From Alphaproteobacteria bacterium (GTDB taxonomy: Bacteria > Pseudomonadota > Alphaproteobacteria > RF32 > CAG-239), in assembly GCA_017457005.1 (NCBI GenBank), contig JAFTII010000031.1:746-64745 (forward strand): 64,000 nucleotides of DNA, in the 5' to 3' direction. The notes beneath the pieces were generated by a model. It was not told where the DNA came from. It did no database searches and saw only the letters and a program-made list of their open reading frames with translations. The stretch's first letter is position 1, and each line of letters opens with the position of its first letter. Of this stretch, positions 1 to 9,871 are shown one piece after another. A program made the position numbers and the translations under genes.

Positions 1-788
1 GCTACACCAATTATGTTTCCCTTATCATCTATAATTAATCCGTTAGAATCTACTTTGCCGATAACATTACCATTAGTGTCACGAACAAACCCGTCTTCAT
101 CTATGTCACCTATAACTTTTCCGTCCGGTCCTATTGCCTTACGAACATTATGGCTGATTTTTTTGGTAGGAGCTGAAGCAGAAGTATCCTCACAAATAGT
201 ACAATCTTCTTTAGTCACAGCAGATCCGGTTACCGGTACTTTTGCAGATTTAACATTTGCTTGCCCCAAGCTAAGCTCGTACCACGAAACAATAAAATTA
301 TTTTGAACATTGCCGGCAATAACAGGCGCCCAATTCATTGTAATATGGCAAGTTTGGTTTCCACTCAAAGTTTTATCATTACAGCTATTATTAAATGTAA
401 AACCATCTGCCGGCGGTTCTGCTAATTCAACATTGACTATCTTTACAGCAACCTTGCCGTTAGTACCCAACGTAAGCACATTTTTGGCATCTGTCCCCAA
501 AACAACCTCTCCCATGGGAACAGGATTAGGCGTGGTTGTGAGAGGTATTTCGCCTTCAATGGTAGAAAATTCAATATTTTGTGCAAGTGGTGAAGCAGGA
601 TCTATATTTAACACATCTGCATTGTCATTAAAAACCGGAGCTACATACTCATTATCTGGTCTTTTACTTTTGATAAGCAAAAAAATACCAAAAATAAAAA
701 TCATTAATGAAACAAGACCAATCGTCAAAATAATACGATTAGTCTTTTTTACATATTGTTCAGAATGTGTTATATTTTCTTTTGCCAT
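1..788 (-). CDS. Bitopic membrane protein, 3' end beyond the window (ATG at 788, frame open to position 1). Positional candidate for VirB10/TrbI-like T4SS component: short cytoplasmic N-terminus, one TM helix, Pro-containing linker.
   Basis: I found this by reverse-complement translation; it is absent from the ORF track because it lacks a stop in the window. It begins MAKENITHSEQYVKKTNRIILTIGLVSLMIFIFGIFLLI and starts 10 nt after the VirB9-like gene. Assignment is by operon position and topology only. Confidence 0.35.
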   Translation of the reverse strand, partial: MAKENITHSEQYVKKTNRIILTIGLVSLMIFIFGIFLLIKSKRPDNEYVAPVFNDNADVLNIDPASPLAQNIEFSTIEGEIPLTTTPNPVPMGEVVLGTDAKNVLTLGTNGKVAVKIVNVELAEPPADGFTFNNSCNDKTLSGNQTCHITMNWAPVIAGNVQNNFIVSWYELSLGQANVKSAKVPVTGSAVTKEDCTICEDTSASAPTKKISHNVRKAIGPDGKVIGDIDEDGFVRDTNGNVIGKVDSNGLIIDDKGNIIGV

Positions 789-797
789 AGCTGTTTA

Positions 798-2408
798 TCA
801 CTGAGTTCTAACCACACTGCAAAATACACCATTACGCCCTAAAGTACCACAAACTTTATCTCCCTCAGACAACGAATCTAATTTACCGACACGTAAGTGG
901 AACAACTCTTTCCCTTGTCCGTCAGCAGGGGCATCTACAGAAAAGAACGGCTCATATTTGCCCAATTCATCAGGGTACTGAACTGTCAGCTTATCCCACA
1001 ACTTTTCAAGATTAGCAACATTATCATCTGTGCCCAGCTCAATTGAAATGTTAGAAGTATCTTCATCCGTAAAACCTGCACCATAGCCATATTCCGTCAG
1101 ATACGCCCTAGACGAAGGAGTTGCTGAATTCTTATTGGTTATCCTTTGCATTTTAGAGTAGTCAAAATTGGGGATACCGCCATTACGTCCAACTCCACTT
1201 GTTGCATATTGCGGAACAATAACTTCTCCCCCACCAACAGAGAATTCTTTTTCGCCAACAACTTGCGGGTATCCGGCAAAGGAATTAGCTTTAGCACTTA
1301 CCAGTGGTGTTTGCCCACCACCGGCATTTCCTTTTTGCATATCAGGATACGGAGGGGGAACATCCCAACTTGGAGGCAAGAAGTCTCTTGAATCAATTCC
1401 GTATTCTAATCCGGCATCATCAGCACGACGCAGTTTTATGCAAATAATGCGTTTACCGTTACGTAAAACCAAATCGCCGACACCTTCAACAATAATCAGA
1501 CGATTATCAGGTCCTTTGGTGCGGAAACCGACAGGCACTTCCACTCGCTCAACGATCATGGAGACAACAGGACGCTGCATCATGTTTAATGACTTCTTTC
1601 CTAAATCAATATATGTAAAGATATCATCTCTCCATACACGTTCAGGAGCTATAACCACATCATCAGGGTTTGGAACATAAACCTCTAAGTCAAATCTAAA
1701 CTTAGAAGGGTCTAAGGGGATACTCTTCAACCAATCGCTTTGTTGAAAACGACGTGTGTAATTAGCATCAACAGACTTTCCGCCAGAATTTACCCCTCCG
1801 GTATGAGCGCCCAATACCCCTCCGGATGCAGATCCGAAGTTTCCGTTTGCTCGCCCCTCATCATCTTTTATAACATCAATATCAATAATGGAGTTTGTCA
1901 AACGTTCGGTATTTACAGCTTCACTCTTAACATAAAATACATAACGATTTCCGGAACGTCCGAATACGATAATATTTGTATCTACCCCGACATTAGCGCC
2001 TTTACGAGGATACAACATTAATGAGTTAGGACTGGATATCTGTCCGTCAAAAGTAGCATTATCACCGATAAAAATATCTTCTACCATTTCCCATTCAGGA
2101 AAATTAAGTAAAGTGATCATTCCTTCGCGAACACGAATCGGCAAAACCAGATCCGGCGCCCAATAATAACGAGAATAAGCCGGTTTACTCTGCCCCTCAC
2201 CAAGGTTTTGCATAGGATCCAGCCACGCCTCCTGCGTCATTCCAAGAGAATTGAATCCCATATACCCCATATTCATCGGAGTATAATTTCCTTGAGCTTG
2301 ATCAGCACTGGCGTCCATCACCTGTCTGTTTACCTGTGCGGTAGCAACCGAAGAAAACAAACAACAACTCAACAATAATGATATTTTTATATTTTTAAGA
2401 AACAACAC
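798..2408 (-). CDS. Secreted 536-aa protein; positional candidate for VirB9-like outer-membrane core component of the T4SS
   Basis: N-terminal signal peptide (MLFLKNIKISLLLSCCLFSSVATAQ). Lies directly downstream of the VirB8/VirB7/VirB8 block and upstream of the VirB10-like candidate. Size exceeds typical VirB9; no motif verification was possible. Confidence 0.4.
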   Translation of the reverse strand: MLFLKNIKISLLLSCCLFSSVATAQVNRQVMDASADQAQGNYTPMNMGYMGFNSLGMTQEAWLDPMQNLGEGQSKPAYSRYYWAPDLVLPIRVREGMITLLNFPEWEMVEDIFIGDNATFDGQISSPNSLMLYPRKGANVGVDTNIIVFGRSGNRYVFYVKSEAVNTERLTNSIIDIDVIKDDEGRANGNFGSASGGVLGAHTGGVNSGGKSVDANYTRRFQQSDWLKSIPLDPSKFRFDLEVYVPNPDDVVIAPERVWRDDIFTYIDLGKKSLNMMQRPVVSMIVERVEVPVGFRTKGPDNRLIIVEGVGDLVLRNGKRIICIKLRRADDAGLEYGIDSRDFLPPSWDVPPPYPDMQKGNAGGGQTPLVSAKANSFAGYPQVVGEKEFSVGGGEVIVPQYATSGVGRNGGIPNFDYSKMQRITNKNSATPSSRAYLTEYGYGAGFTDEDTSNISIELGTDDNVANLEKLWDKLTVQYPDELGKYEPFFSVDAPADGQGKELFHLRVGKLDSLSEGDKVCGTLGRNGVFCSVVRTQ

Positions 2409-2412
2409 CTAA

Positions 2413-3135
2413 CTACTCCACCTTATTATAGGTCAATGAATATTTATCAACCGTGAATCCGACAGGATTTTTCAGCCTATCACCAAACTTAACTACTTTT
2501 CTCCGGTAACGAACACTTATAGCCGCCGTCCAATAATTAACTTCAGGCCGAACGGATTCAGGATACATATCTCTGGTTTCATACTCAACTTGCCAAATAC
2601 CATTGGCCAATTCATTAACCGAAAGTATCTTAACATCTCTGGTTAATCCGCGACTTTTAATAATATCAAGTGCTTTTTTAGCAGTATTGCGAACAAAATC
2701 ATCATAAATTCGCGGAGAAGACATTTCTTTAATCGGCCCGTCAGTACCCCAACGAGATTCCATTTCCGGAATATCGCGACTAAAAGTACTGCGCAACAAG
2801 ACATATTCCCGAACAAAGACCTCGGTTATCGCTTTTTGGCTCCGCAAACTTCCAACGATAGGGCGGATATGATAAACTTGCTCCGAACGATTTTGAAACG
2901 TCAGCAAAAACGGCTCCACACGATATAACGGCATTACCTGAAAAATAGCCAATATCAGAACTATATTGCAACATATACTAAGCGCTGTAATAATGGCAAA
3001 AGCACGTGCAGTCCACAAATAGCGTTTTTCTCCGGCATTTGCAACAAACAAATCCGAAGATGACGTATCAGGGCGCAAATTACCTCGCCCTTCTAAAAGC
3101 TTTTGTTTTCCATTCGTTCCGATTTGACTGACCAT
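2413..3135 (-). CDS. VirB8-family bitopic inner-membrane protein (T4SS), paralog 1
   Basis: 240 aa with a cytoplasmic N-terminus, one TM helix (FAIITALSICCNIVLILAIF) and a periplasmic domain ending in an NPxG motif (NPVGFTV), which is a VirB8 hallmark. Paralogous to 3442-4191 (shared VEPFLL, RNTF, RYWTA, NPxGFTV blocks). Confidence 0.6.
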   Translation of the reverse strand: MVSQIGTNGKQKLLEGRGNLRPDTSSSDLFVANAGEKRYLWTARAFAIITALSICCNIVLILAIFQVMPLYRVEPFLLTFQNRSEQVYHIRPIVGSLRSQKAITEVFVREYVLLRSTFSRDIPEMESRWGTDGPIKEMSSPRIYDDFVRNTAKKALDIIKSRGLTRDVKILSVNELANGIWQVEYETRDMYPESVRPEVNYWTAAISVRYRRKVVKFGDRLKNPVGFTVDKYSLTYNKVE

Positions 3136-3150
3136 ATACCGTTTCCTATG

Positions 3151-3339
3151 CTATATTGTTGCAACAAACCAGTCCGGAAGATTTTTAGGTAACTCAACCT
3201 CCATACAAGCACACGGAGAGAGTTTCAGCTCATTACTACCCCTACCAATACCAACCGGTTCCGGCTCATAATATGTACCAAAGCAACCGGACAATGCGAA
3301 TATAGCTATTAAAGCCAACAATTTGTAACTCATTCTCAT
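3151..3339 (-). CDS. Small lipoprotein (62 aa), VirB7-like by size and position
   Basis: Lipobox LSGC after a signal peptide. Lies between the two VirB8 paralogs, as rvhB7 does in Rickettsiales. Confidence 0.4.
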   Translation of the reverse strand: MRMSYKLLALIAIFALSGCFGTYYEPEPVGIGRGSNELKLSPCACMEVELPKNLPDWFVATI

Positions 3340-3441
3340 AATAAAATACTTTCTCTCAAGGTATCAATACTCTTATAGATATTATGAGGTTATACTCTTT
3401 TATTTTAAATGTCTAACAGCTTAATTATACTTATCAACAAA

Positions 3442-4191
3442 TTAGAAAATTTCTACTTCGGTTTGTGAGTATCTTACAACAGTAAAACCTAACGGATTAA
3501 GAAGTCTTCTAACCATAAACATTCGTTCTTTTATAAAATAAGCCGTAACTGACGCGGTCCAATAACGAACTCTTAATTCGGTCCTTTTTACTTCTGCATC
3601 GTAGTTGTTTACTAACTCATAAGTCTTAAAATCAACTTTCCAAATAGCACTTTTTTCTCCGCCTTGTTTCTTTAAACTGATTATTTCTACTTCTTTTGAA
3701 GTGGGGTCTTGAAACATATCTTGCCAACCGGCAGCAACTTTTTTGTAAAAAGCGTCGTAAACAGTAAATGCAGACAAATAATGGACAATTCCTCCGGGGA
3801 GCCAACGTGAGCGCATTTCCATCGCATCATTAATGAATGTATTGCGCAAAATAACATATTGACGAATAAAGGTTTCCATTAATTGCACTTTAGACGGCAT
3901 ATCAGATATAATCGGCTCGCTTCTGACAACCTCTGAAGAACTATCTTGGTTGATTATCAAAAAAGGCTCAACCGTTACCATCGGAGCTAAACGGAACAAT
4001 GCCAGAGATAAACTTATCAAAAACATTATGGAAACCGTAGCTGTCAAAACATAAAAACGAGACAACCACATATAGTATTTGTGTTTAAGGGTTTCCTTCT
4101 CTTTATCAAGTTTATTTAAAAACTCCGGAGCAGTTACGTTTCCAGTAATAACTTTTGTTTGAACGCCACTTTCTATTTGTTTATCTGCCAT
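3442..4191 (-). CDS. VirB8-family bitopic inner-membrane protein (T4SS), paralog 2
   Basis: 249 aa, single TM (VLTATVSIMFLISLSLALF), C-terminal NPLGFTVVRY (NPxG motif). Duplicated VirB8 is typical of Rickettsiales rvh systems. Confidence 0.6.
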   Translation of the reverse strand: MADKQIESGVQTKVITGNVTAPEFLNKLDKEKETLKHKYYMWLSRFYVLTATVSIMFLISLSLALFRLAPMVTVEPFLIINQDSSSEVVRSEPIISDMPSKVQLMETFIRQYVILRNTFINDAMEMRSRWLPGGIVHYLSAFTVYDAFYKKVAAGWQDMFQDPTSKEVEIISLKKQGGEKSAIWKVDFKTYELVNNYDAEVKRTELRVRYWTASVTAYFIKERMFMVRRLLNPLGFTVVRYSQTEVEIF

Positions 4192-4204
4192 TGTTTATTC
4201 CATA

Positions 4205-7200
4205 TTAATAGTTAGAACAGTATGGAGCTTCTACAATTTCTGAACCGCTCACACTTTCCCATGCGTTTTCATGTGTATCTGCGGTATCTTTGTTGGCTTT
4301 TGCAGATTTGATACGCGCATCCAAATCTTCTTTACTGCCAACATCATCTCCGATATTTACCATTTCATTTTTGTCTTGCTTAAGTCGGGCAATAACATTT
4401 TTTAGAGTATCAACTCGCTCTTTTACCACTTTATTATCTGAGCTTATGTTTATATTTGCCTGCAAATTCTCTGCTGCAACAATAAGCTCAGACTTAATAT
4501 CATCCAAGCTTGAACGAATACCTTCATAGATCTCTTCATCTGACAGATCTACATCTTCAGGCTTTTTACCTTCTGCCAACTCATAACCGTAATTAGTCAT
4601 AATATCAAACAATTCCGTTATCTTTCCCTTATAACTTTCTTCGGTTTCTTCTTTTTGCTCTTTCATTGTATGTTCATTTTCTTTGTAGAACAAATAATTT
4701 CCTATTTGGTTTTTGGATAAAGGCGCCAACTCAACAGAAGCTAAATCTTTTTTATGATTTTTACTGTCCTTTTTGTTGTTTTCTTCAGCCCATAAAGTAT
4801 AAAAAGCATCATATACTTCATCTTTGAACATCAGCTTGCCGTCATCAACCGTCAGTAACACTCCTAATTCACTGTATTTGCAGTTAGATGTGGCTGTTTT
4901 TTCTCCAGTTCTGACATTAACATCCAAAGCACCATGATAGAGTTTGCTTTTTTTGATGGTGATACCTGCACATTTATACAAATTCTTATCATTACCGATA
5001 GTAGCATACTCTCCTTTATTGTTAATATCTACCGCCGTATCATAGCCTACCTTACATGGTAATGTACCCTGACGGAAAAATGTTTCTCGTTCACATCCGA
5101 TAGATAATATATCTTTTAATGATATTTTGGTCTCAACAAAGGCATAATCCCTCAAAAGATACTTCCAAACTTTTGGAAGCTCACCTCCGTAGTTCAAAAA
5201 ATCTTTTGCTTTTATCGGAGTATTTTTCTTGTTTCGGCGTTTTGTAATAGGCTTAACATTTTGAAAATCAGTGCTATCAAAATGTACAACTTCTCGCACA
5301 TTGGGCAAATGTTGCTCAAACATCGCCATCGGAGCTTTCATATCTCTGGACTTTGCAGGACTTCCGACAAAATAATCCTCTGATTCAGGAGCAGAATCTG
5401 ATCCGGCAACTTTAGCAAACATGGCAATATTATTTACCGCAGGTAATATACCGCCACTGATATTTATAACCAGTCCCCCGATTTCTGTCAGCATTTGCTG
5501 ATGGATATCAACTATTCTTGAATGATTCTTAGGATTATATAGAGCATCGCCCATATTTAAGATACGCTGCAAAGCCTTATCAATAATAGCATTCATCTGC
5601 GCATAAGAATCGCTTAATGCCGTATTGGCAACTTTTTCAAGTGATACATATACCAGTTCGGGAGTAAGCATCGGATTGGGATTTTCCTCCAAAGCCGTGG
5701 CTATGATAGCCAATAATCTGTTTTTTGATTGTTTTTTGGCACTGATTTCTGCGGCACTTAGAGTATCAGCAACTTTATCAAACAAAGCTTGTTTTTTATT
5801 ATTAATCTCTGTCATTGTTGCAGAATCGGCATCTTGCATATTTAACTTATATTCACGAATATCATCATCAATATTGTTTAATTTTTCATCCAATTGCGTA
5901 ATCTCGGCTCGTAAATTATCAGCTTTTTGATTTAAGTTCTCAACTCCCAACTCAGCCTTATTTGATTGTGATTGAGAGGTAAATTGAGAAGAAAGAGTTG
6001 CAGTTGAAGATACCCCTACAATAGGAGAACTTTGCGGAGTGGGAGCATCTATATCTGTTGGGAAAGGCTCTACATAATTAACATTATCAAGCATTGATTG
6101 TCCGGCATCTTCTTGTGCTTTATCTCTGGCTACAGACAACTCATTCAAGACATCTTTTAGTTCCGCATTTAGATTTTCAAGTTTTTGGGCAATGCCTTCA
6201 CGCTTGGCCATCAACTCTTGCAAGCCGCTATCTGTGGCCGATGAAGTAATTAACTCTTCCAGATCCGCCTCCAGTTGAGACATTAAATTTGCACGTTTTT
6301 TCTGATATGGTGTGTCAGACAAACCTATAGGGTTCCCTTCAAAATGACTTGCCATAACATTCAAAACATCGGCAATAGTAAAAGTTTTTAAATACTCTTT
6401 TATATTTTCATATTTTTTAGTCAAATATTGCTTATAAAAATTTTTTTCGTCATTCCAAACCAGTCTATCTGTACTTTTGGCATTGTTTCCCCATTTTGAA
6501 GGCTCTGCAGCCAGCATTTTAGATGCCTCTGCACCGACTTGCCAAGCAAGCATTTCTGCTCGCCGAGATTCTTCAACTTGCTTTTCTGAATTACTGGTAG
6601 TGTTTACATTTGCTTCTTCTTTACTCAGGATTTCATTTGCAACTTTATTATCAGAATCATAGACATCAGAATTTTCTGACGCGGTTTCATAATCAATATC
6701 CGGAGATTGAACATCTTCGGTATCGATTGAAGATGTTTCGGCAGCTTTTGCCGCTTCATGATATTGTATTGCCCAACCGAGTATTCCGCTTTCGCCATCT
6801 TCTCCAAAGCAAATATTTTTACATTCTTGCGCAGTAGGATTATTAAAATAACTGCAAATATAATTTGAAGTACATTGTTCAGATAATCGTAGTGCTTCTA
6901 TTGCGGCTTGATGACGAAGCCTTGTATCTCTGACACTTTCTGCAGCATGTTTATAAGCACTTAAGCCATTTATGAGGTTATGCACTTCTCTTGCACCACT
7001 GACTTTTTCTTCCAAAGGGGCTATCTTATTAAGCTCTTCCATTTGATCTTCTACACTTACGTAAGCATGTTCTGACGGAGAATCTTTGGCAACGACAAAT
7101 CCGATTACTCCATCCGGTATCTCTATTTCTTCGGTGTCATCCGCTTGTGCTGCAGCTTTTTCTTTTTCAGCGGCCAACTCTTCTTGCAAAGCCTCCTCCG

Positions 7201-8068
7201 TTGAAGTATCATCTTGTGAAACTTGGGCAAAAGATATTTCTTCTTGGTGAGAAATTACCGTAGCAAGTTCAAATTCATTATTTTTGTTCAAAAAGGCTTG
7301 TTTATCAGATGTTTTTACATAATTTAACGGCCTGATATCACGCAAAGATTTTACAGCAATATATTGTGCTTTAAGTGCGGTAACTTTTAATAGCAACTCA
7401 TATAATTGGTCAACAGCTTCAAATGCTTTACCAACAACAAATGCCGCATCATTACTGGCATCAGGAGAACCAATACCGCATGTGTTTGCATCTCCGGTAA
7501 TACAGGCAATGGTTTCATCAAGCTTGGGTCCTATATCATTGGCCATTTCTGTCTCTAGTTCTCTTATGGTCGTATATATTTCCAACAAATTATCTACATA
7601 AAAATTTTCACGGCGTGTATCATAAGATTGCATATCCACAATAGAATTAGACGGATAGCGAAGCAATAATAACTGAATTAAATCAAAAACATCTTCTGAA
7701 GAGGTATTTTTATATTCTTTTCCTAAATATACACAATTTTCTAATCCTCTCTCACCAGCAGTTTCTCCTCCGCCTTCGTTATTGCCGCCACCTCCGGACT
7801 TGCCTGCAAATGATATTATCTTATTAATATTACCGGAAAACATACTTTTCGTTGAAGCAAAAAGATTATTTGCATCAGAAATAACCTGATTACCAAAACT
7901 TTGGACTTGCGTTCCTAAATCCGTAATATTGGTAAAAATAGAGCCAACCTGATCCAAAGGGTCCATCATCGGACAGAAATCCATCGGAGGACAATACGGC
8001 ATTGCCTTTACTGCAGAACTAAAAAGCATTATTATAATTGCCGGTATTATAAGAAGATGTTTTTTCAT
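4205..8068 (-). CDS. Very large (about 1287 aa) secreted protein, acidic and coiled-coil rich with Cys-containing N- and C-terminal modules; unknown function, T4SS-operon encoded
   Basis: Start probably the ATG at 8068 (MKKHLLIIPAIIIMLFSSAVKA signal peptide), preceded by GGGGAGG and overlapping the upstream stop (TAATG). No TM helices beyond the signal peptide. Cys motifs include CPPMDFCPMM and CTSNYICSYFNNPTAQECKNIC. Confidence 0.55.
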   Translation of the reverse strand: MKKHLLIIPAIIIMLFSSAVKAMPYCPPMDFCPMMDPLDQVGSIFTNITDLGTQVQSFGNQVISDANNLFASTKSMFSGNINKIISFAGKSGGGGNNEGGGETAGERGLENCVYLGKEYKNTSSEDVFDLIQLLLLRYPSNSIVDMQSYDTRRENFYVDNLLEIYTTIRELETEMANDIGPKLDETIACITGDANTCGIGSPDASNDAAFVVGKAFEAVDQLYELLLKVTALKAQYIAVKSLRDIRPLNYVKTSDKQAFLNKNNEFELATVISHQEEISFAQVSQDDTSTEEALQEELAAEKEKAAAQADDTEEIEIPDGVIGFVVAKDSPSEHAYVSVEDQMEELNKIAPLEEKVSGAREVHNLINGLSAYKHAAESVRDTRLRHQAAIEALRLSEQCTSNYICSYFNNPTAQECKNICFGEDGESGILGWAIQYHEAAKAAETSSIDTEDVQSPDIDYETASENSDVYDSDNKVANEILSKEEANVNTTSNSEKQVEESRRAEMLAWQVGAEASKMLAAEPSKWGNNAKSTDRLVWNDEKNFYKQYLTKKYENIKEYLKTFTIADVLNVMASHFEGNPIGLSDTPYQKKRANLMSQLEADLEELITSSATDSGLQELMAKREGIAQKLENLNAELKDVLNELSVARDKAQEDAGQSMLDNVNYVEPFPTDIDAPTPQSSPIVGVSSTATLSSQFTSQSQSNKAELGVENLNQKADNLRAEITQLDEKLNNIDDDIREYKLNMQDADSATMTEINNKKQALFDKVADTLSAAEISAKKQSKNRLLAIIATALEENPNPMLTPELVYVSLEKVANTALSDSYAQMNAIIDKALQRILNMGDALYNPKNHSRIVDIHQQMLTEIGGLVINISGGILPAVNNIAMFAKVAGSDSAPESEDYFVGSPAKSRDMKAPMAMFEQHLPNVREVVHFDSTDFQNVKPITKRRNKKNTPIKAKDFLNYGGELPKVWKYLLRDYAFVETKISLKDILSIGCERETFFRQGTLPCKVGYDTAVDINNKGEYATIGNDKNLYKCAGITIKKSKLYHGALDVNVRTGEKTATSNCKYSELGVLLTVDDGKLMFKDEVYDAFYTLWAEENNKKDSKNHKKDLASVELAPLSKNQIGNYLFYKENEHTMKEQKEETEESYKGKITELFDIMTNYGYELAEGKKPEDVDLSDEEIYEGIRSSLDDIKSELIVAAENLQANINISSDNKVVKERVDTLKNVIARLKQDKNEMVNIGDDVGSKEDLDARIKSAKANKDTADTHENAWESVSGSEIVEAPYCSNY

Positions 8069-9315
8069 TATAACATACCTCCCCATCCACTGTCTTCATC
8101 GCTATCATCTGTAGAATCATTGTCGGTATTTGTAGTACCGGTTTCTGTTTCGTTATTACCGTTTTTTTTATTACTGTTGTAGCCCACTTTTTCCGGGTCA
8201 GCATAATCACACAAATTAAATTTACCAGTAACCTCTTTTAGAGCAATCCCATTAATATTGTTTACATCTTGGGCGGTTTGTGTTTTCAGATCCTCAATAA
8301 GGACATCTACCAAATTGCGTATTACTCTTATTTGATTGGCTAGCGTTTCTCCAAGCGCATTTGAAGCCTCCGACTCACCGGGATATGTTGCTGCAACATC
8401 GGCGTTTGCATCAATATTATCTTTATCTACAACCATGCTGTTGCGAAGTTTTGCCATTTTTACCAATGCCTGACCGGAACTTTCTTGCATTTGCTTAATT
8501 CTTGCTTTTTTAATCTGAAGTTCTTCTTTAATGGATACTGCGTGAGTTTTAGCAGATATTTTATCAAGAGTATCTTTTATTGCTTCATCTGCACTTTTCT
8601 TTACTTTAGAAAGTCCTTTGTCAGCAAGATCTTTAGCAATTGCGGCAGCTATGGCAGCCAGTTCGGTAGCAAGAGCTTTGACCTCTGTATCTAAAGCGGT
8701 AATTTTGCTCTTATGCTCTTCATTTAATGCAACCAATTTATTATTTTGCACTTCAACATCTTGGTTAAGTTGGTTTTCTATTTGTGTGATTTGGTTGTGT
8801 ATGCTTTCAACCCCTGCAGTATCACCTCTTGTTTCCAGTACACCGATATTTTTACGTAAAGATTCTATATCAGCATCAGCTTCGGTTTTTAAGATTTCTA
8901 TTTCTTCTTCTATAGCCTTAACATCAGCCTGATTTTGTTCCTGAGCTTTTGACTTTTGTACTTCTAATTTTGCTATTTTAGTTGAGATTATAGCTGATTG
9001 CCCGACCGGACTTTGGACTACATTTTGAACCTTACCATATATATTATTTATTTTCTCTTTCATTCCGCTAATAAAACCTTTAGCTTCTTTTGCCTTTTCA
9101 ATACCTTTTCCTACAAATTTTCCAAATTGAGAATTTTGAATACCATCTAAAATTTCTTCTGCTTTTGTTTTGATATTTTGAATAGCATTAGTAAGTTTAG
9201 ATGGAGTTTTGCCCAAATCAAATTTAACAAAAAATGCAGAAGCATCTGATGCCGAATATGTAATTGCTATAAATAAGACCAAACAGAAACTGATATATCT
9301 AAGGAGTTTGTTCAT
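8068..9315 (-). CDS. Secreted all-helical coiled-coil protein (about 415 aa); possible elongated VirB5-like or pilus-associated protein
   Basis: Likely start MNKLLRYISFCLVLFIAITYSASDASA (ATG at 9315 after GAGGAGG), overlapping the stop of the upstream gene. Long heptad-like helical sequence with an acidic C-terminal tail. Confidence 0.5.
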   Translation of the reverse strand: MNKLLRYISFCLVLFIAITYSASDASAFFVKFDLGKTPSKLTNAIQNIKTKAEEILDGIQNSQFGKFVGKGIEKAKEAKGFISGMKEKINNIYGKVQNVVQSPVGQSAIISTKIAKLEVQKSKAQEQNQADVKAIEEEIEILKTEADADIESLRKNIGVLETRGDTAGVESIHNQITQIENQLNQDVEVQNNKLVALNEEHKSKITALDTEVKALATELAAIAAAIAKDLADKGLSKVKKSADEAIKDTLDKISAKTHAVSIKEELQIKKARIKQMQESSGQALVKMAKLRNSMVVDKDNIDANADVAATYPGESEASNALGETLANQIRVIRNLVDVLIEDLKTQTAQDVNNINGIALKEVTGKFNLCDYADPEKVGYNSNKKNGNNETETGTTNTDNDSTDDSDEDSGWGGML

Positions 9316-9316
9316 A

Positions 9317-9871
9317 TTATTCGTCCTCCTCACTAATGGGGGCAAAACTGGTATTAAAGGCTCTGAGAGCTAAAAAACCTTTAAGATTAGCTATTTCCGC
9401 TTCTAAATTTGCAATTTGTTTTAGTCGTAAAGCAATGTTTTTGTTATAATCTTTAACTTCGTTTTGCAAAATAGAGGTATTGTCTTGCGATATAGATGAA
9501 AACTTTTGCAAAATTGATTTGGCACCCTCCATTATTGCACCGGCTTGTCCGGGGAGATTTACTCCATCTAGTATAGTAGTATCACTTTCCGGTGATGATG
9601 ATCCCATCATATTAGCTCTGGTAGAAATAGCATCTGCATATAATTGCGTTGCATATTGTCGCAACATTTCATTGCTTTTCTGCTCCCACGCTTCCGCATC
9701 TTCTGAACTTTTAACTATCGGAGTATTTTCTTTAACGATAATTTCAATATTACCAGAAATATCTTGCGGATCTTCTATATACGCAGGTATGTCTAAAGCC
9801 TTAGTTTCACTTATAAGGCTAAAGAACATAAGTATTACCAATAAATTTATAGGATAACAAATTTTTATCAT
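9317..9871 (-). CDS. Secreted 184-aa helical protein, T4SS operon member (VirB5-like size class)
   Basis: Signal peptide, then helical sequence ending in a coiled coil (LKQIANLEAEIANLKGFLALRA). Has a 4-nt ATGA overlap with the upstream gene. Confidence 0.45.
   Translation of the reverse strand: MIKICYPINLLVILMFFSLISETKALDIPAYIEDPQDISGNIEIIVKENTPIVKSSEDAEAWEQKSNEMLRQYATQLYADAISTRANMMGSSSPESDTTILDGVNLPGQAGAIMEGAKSILQKFSSISQDNTSILQNEVKDYNKNIALRLKQIANLEAEIANLKGFLALRAFNTSFAPISEEDE

Noticed and set aside
13-804. Plus-strand ORFs 13-306 and 310-804
   Set aside because: They lie antisense to a minus-strand gene (1-788) that has a start codon, an N-terminal TM helix and operon context, so they are most likely non-coding shadow ORFs. 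The same applies to the other plus-strand ORFs inside 800-19800 (e.g. 1168-1680, 5625-5930, 11883-12293, 12680-13015, 16473-16934, 19366-19746).
2413-4191. Initial impression that the two ~240-aa bitopic proteins were IcmL/DotI-like, which would make the locus a Dot/Icm or IncI type IVB secretion system
   Set aside because: Both carry a C-terminal NPxG motif and sit next to a VirB7-like lipoprotein, downstream of VirB3 and a ~800-aa VirB4. IVB systems have no VirB3 and use a ~1000-aa DotO. DotI itself has a VirB8-like fold, which explains the resemblance. A P-type VirB8 call fits better.
4205-8068. F-type TraN or TraG adhesin homology for the 1287-aa Cys-containing protein
   Set aside because: No multi-TM region (TraG) and no recognisable TraN Cys spacing. 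The remaining operon content is VirB-like, not F-like (no TraE/K/B/V/W/U/H candidates).
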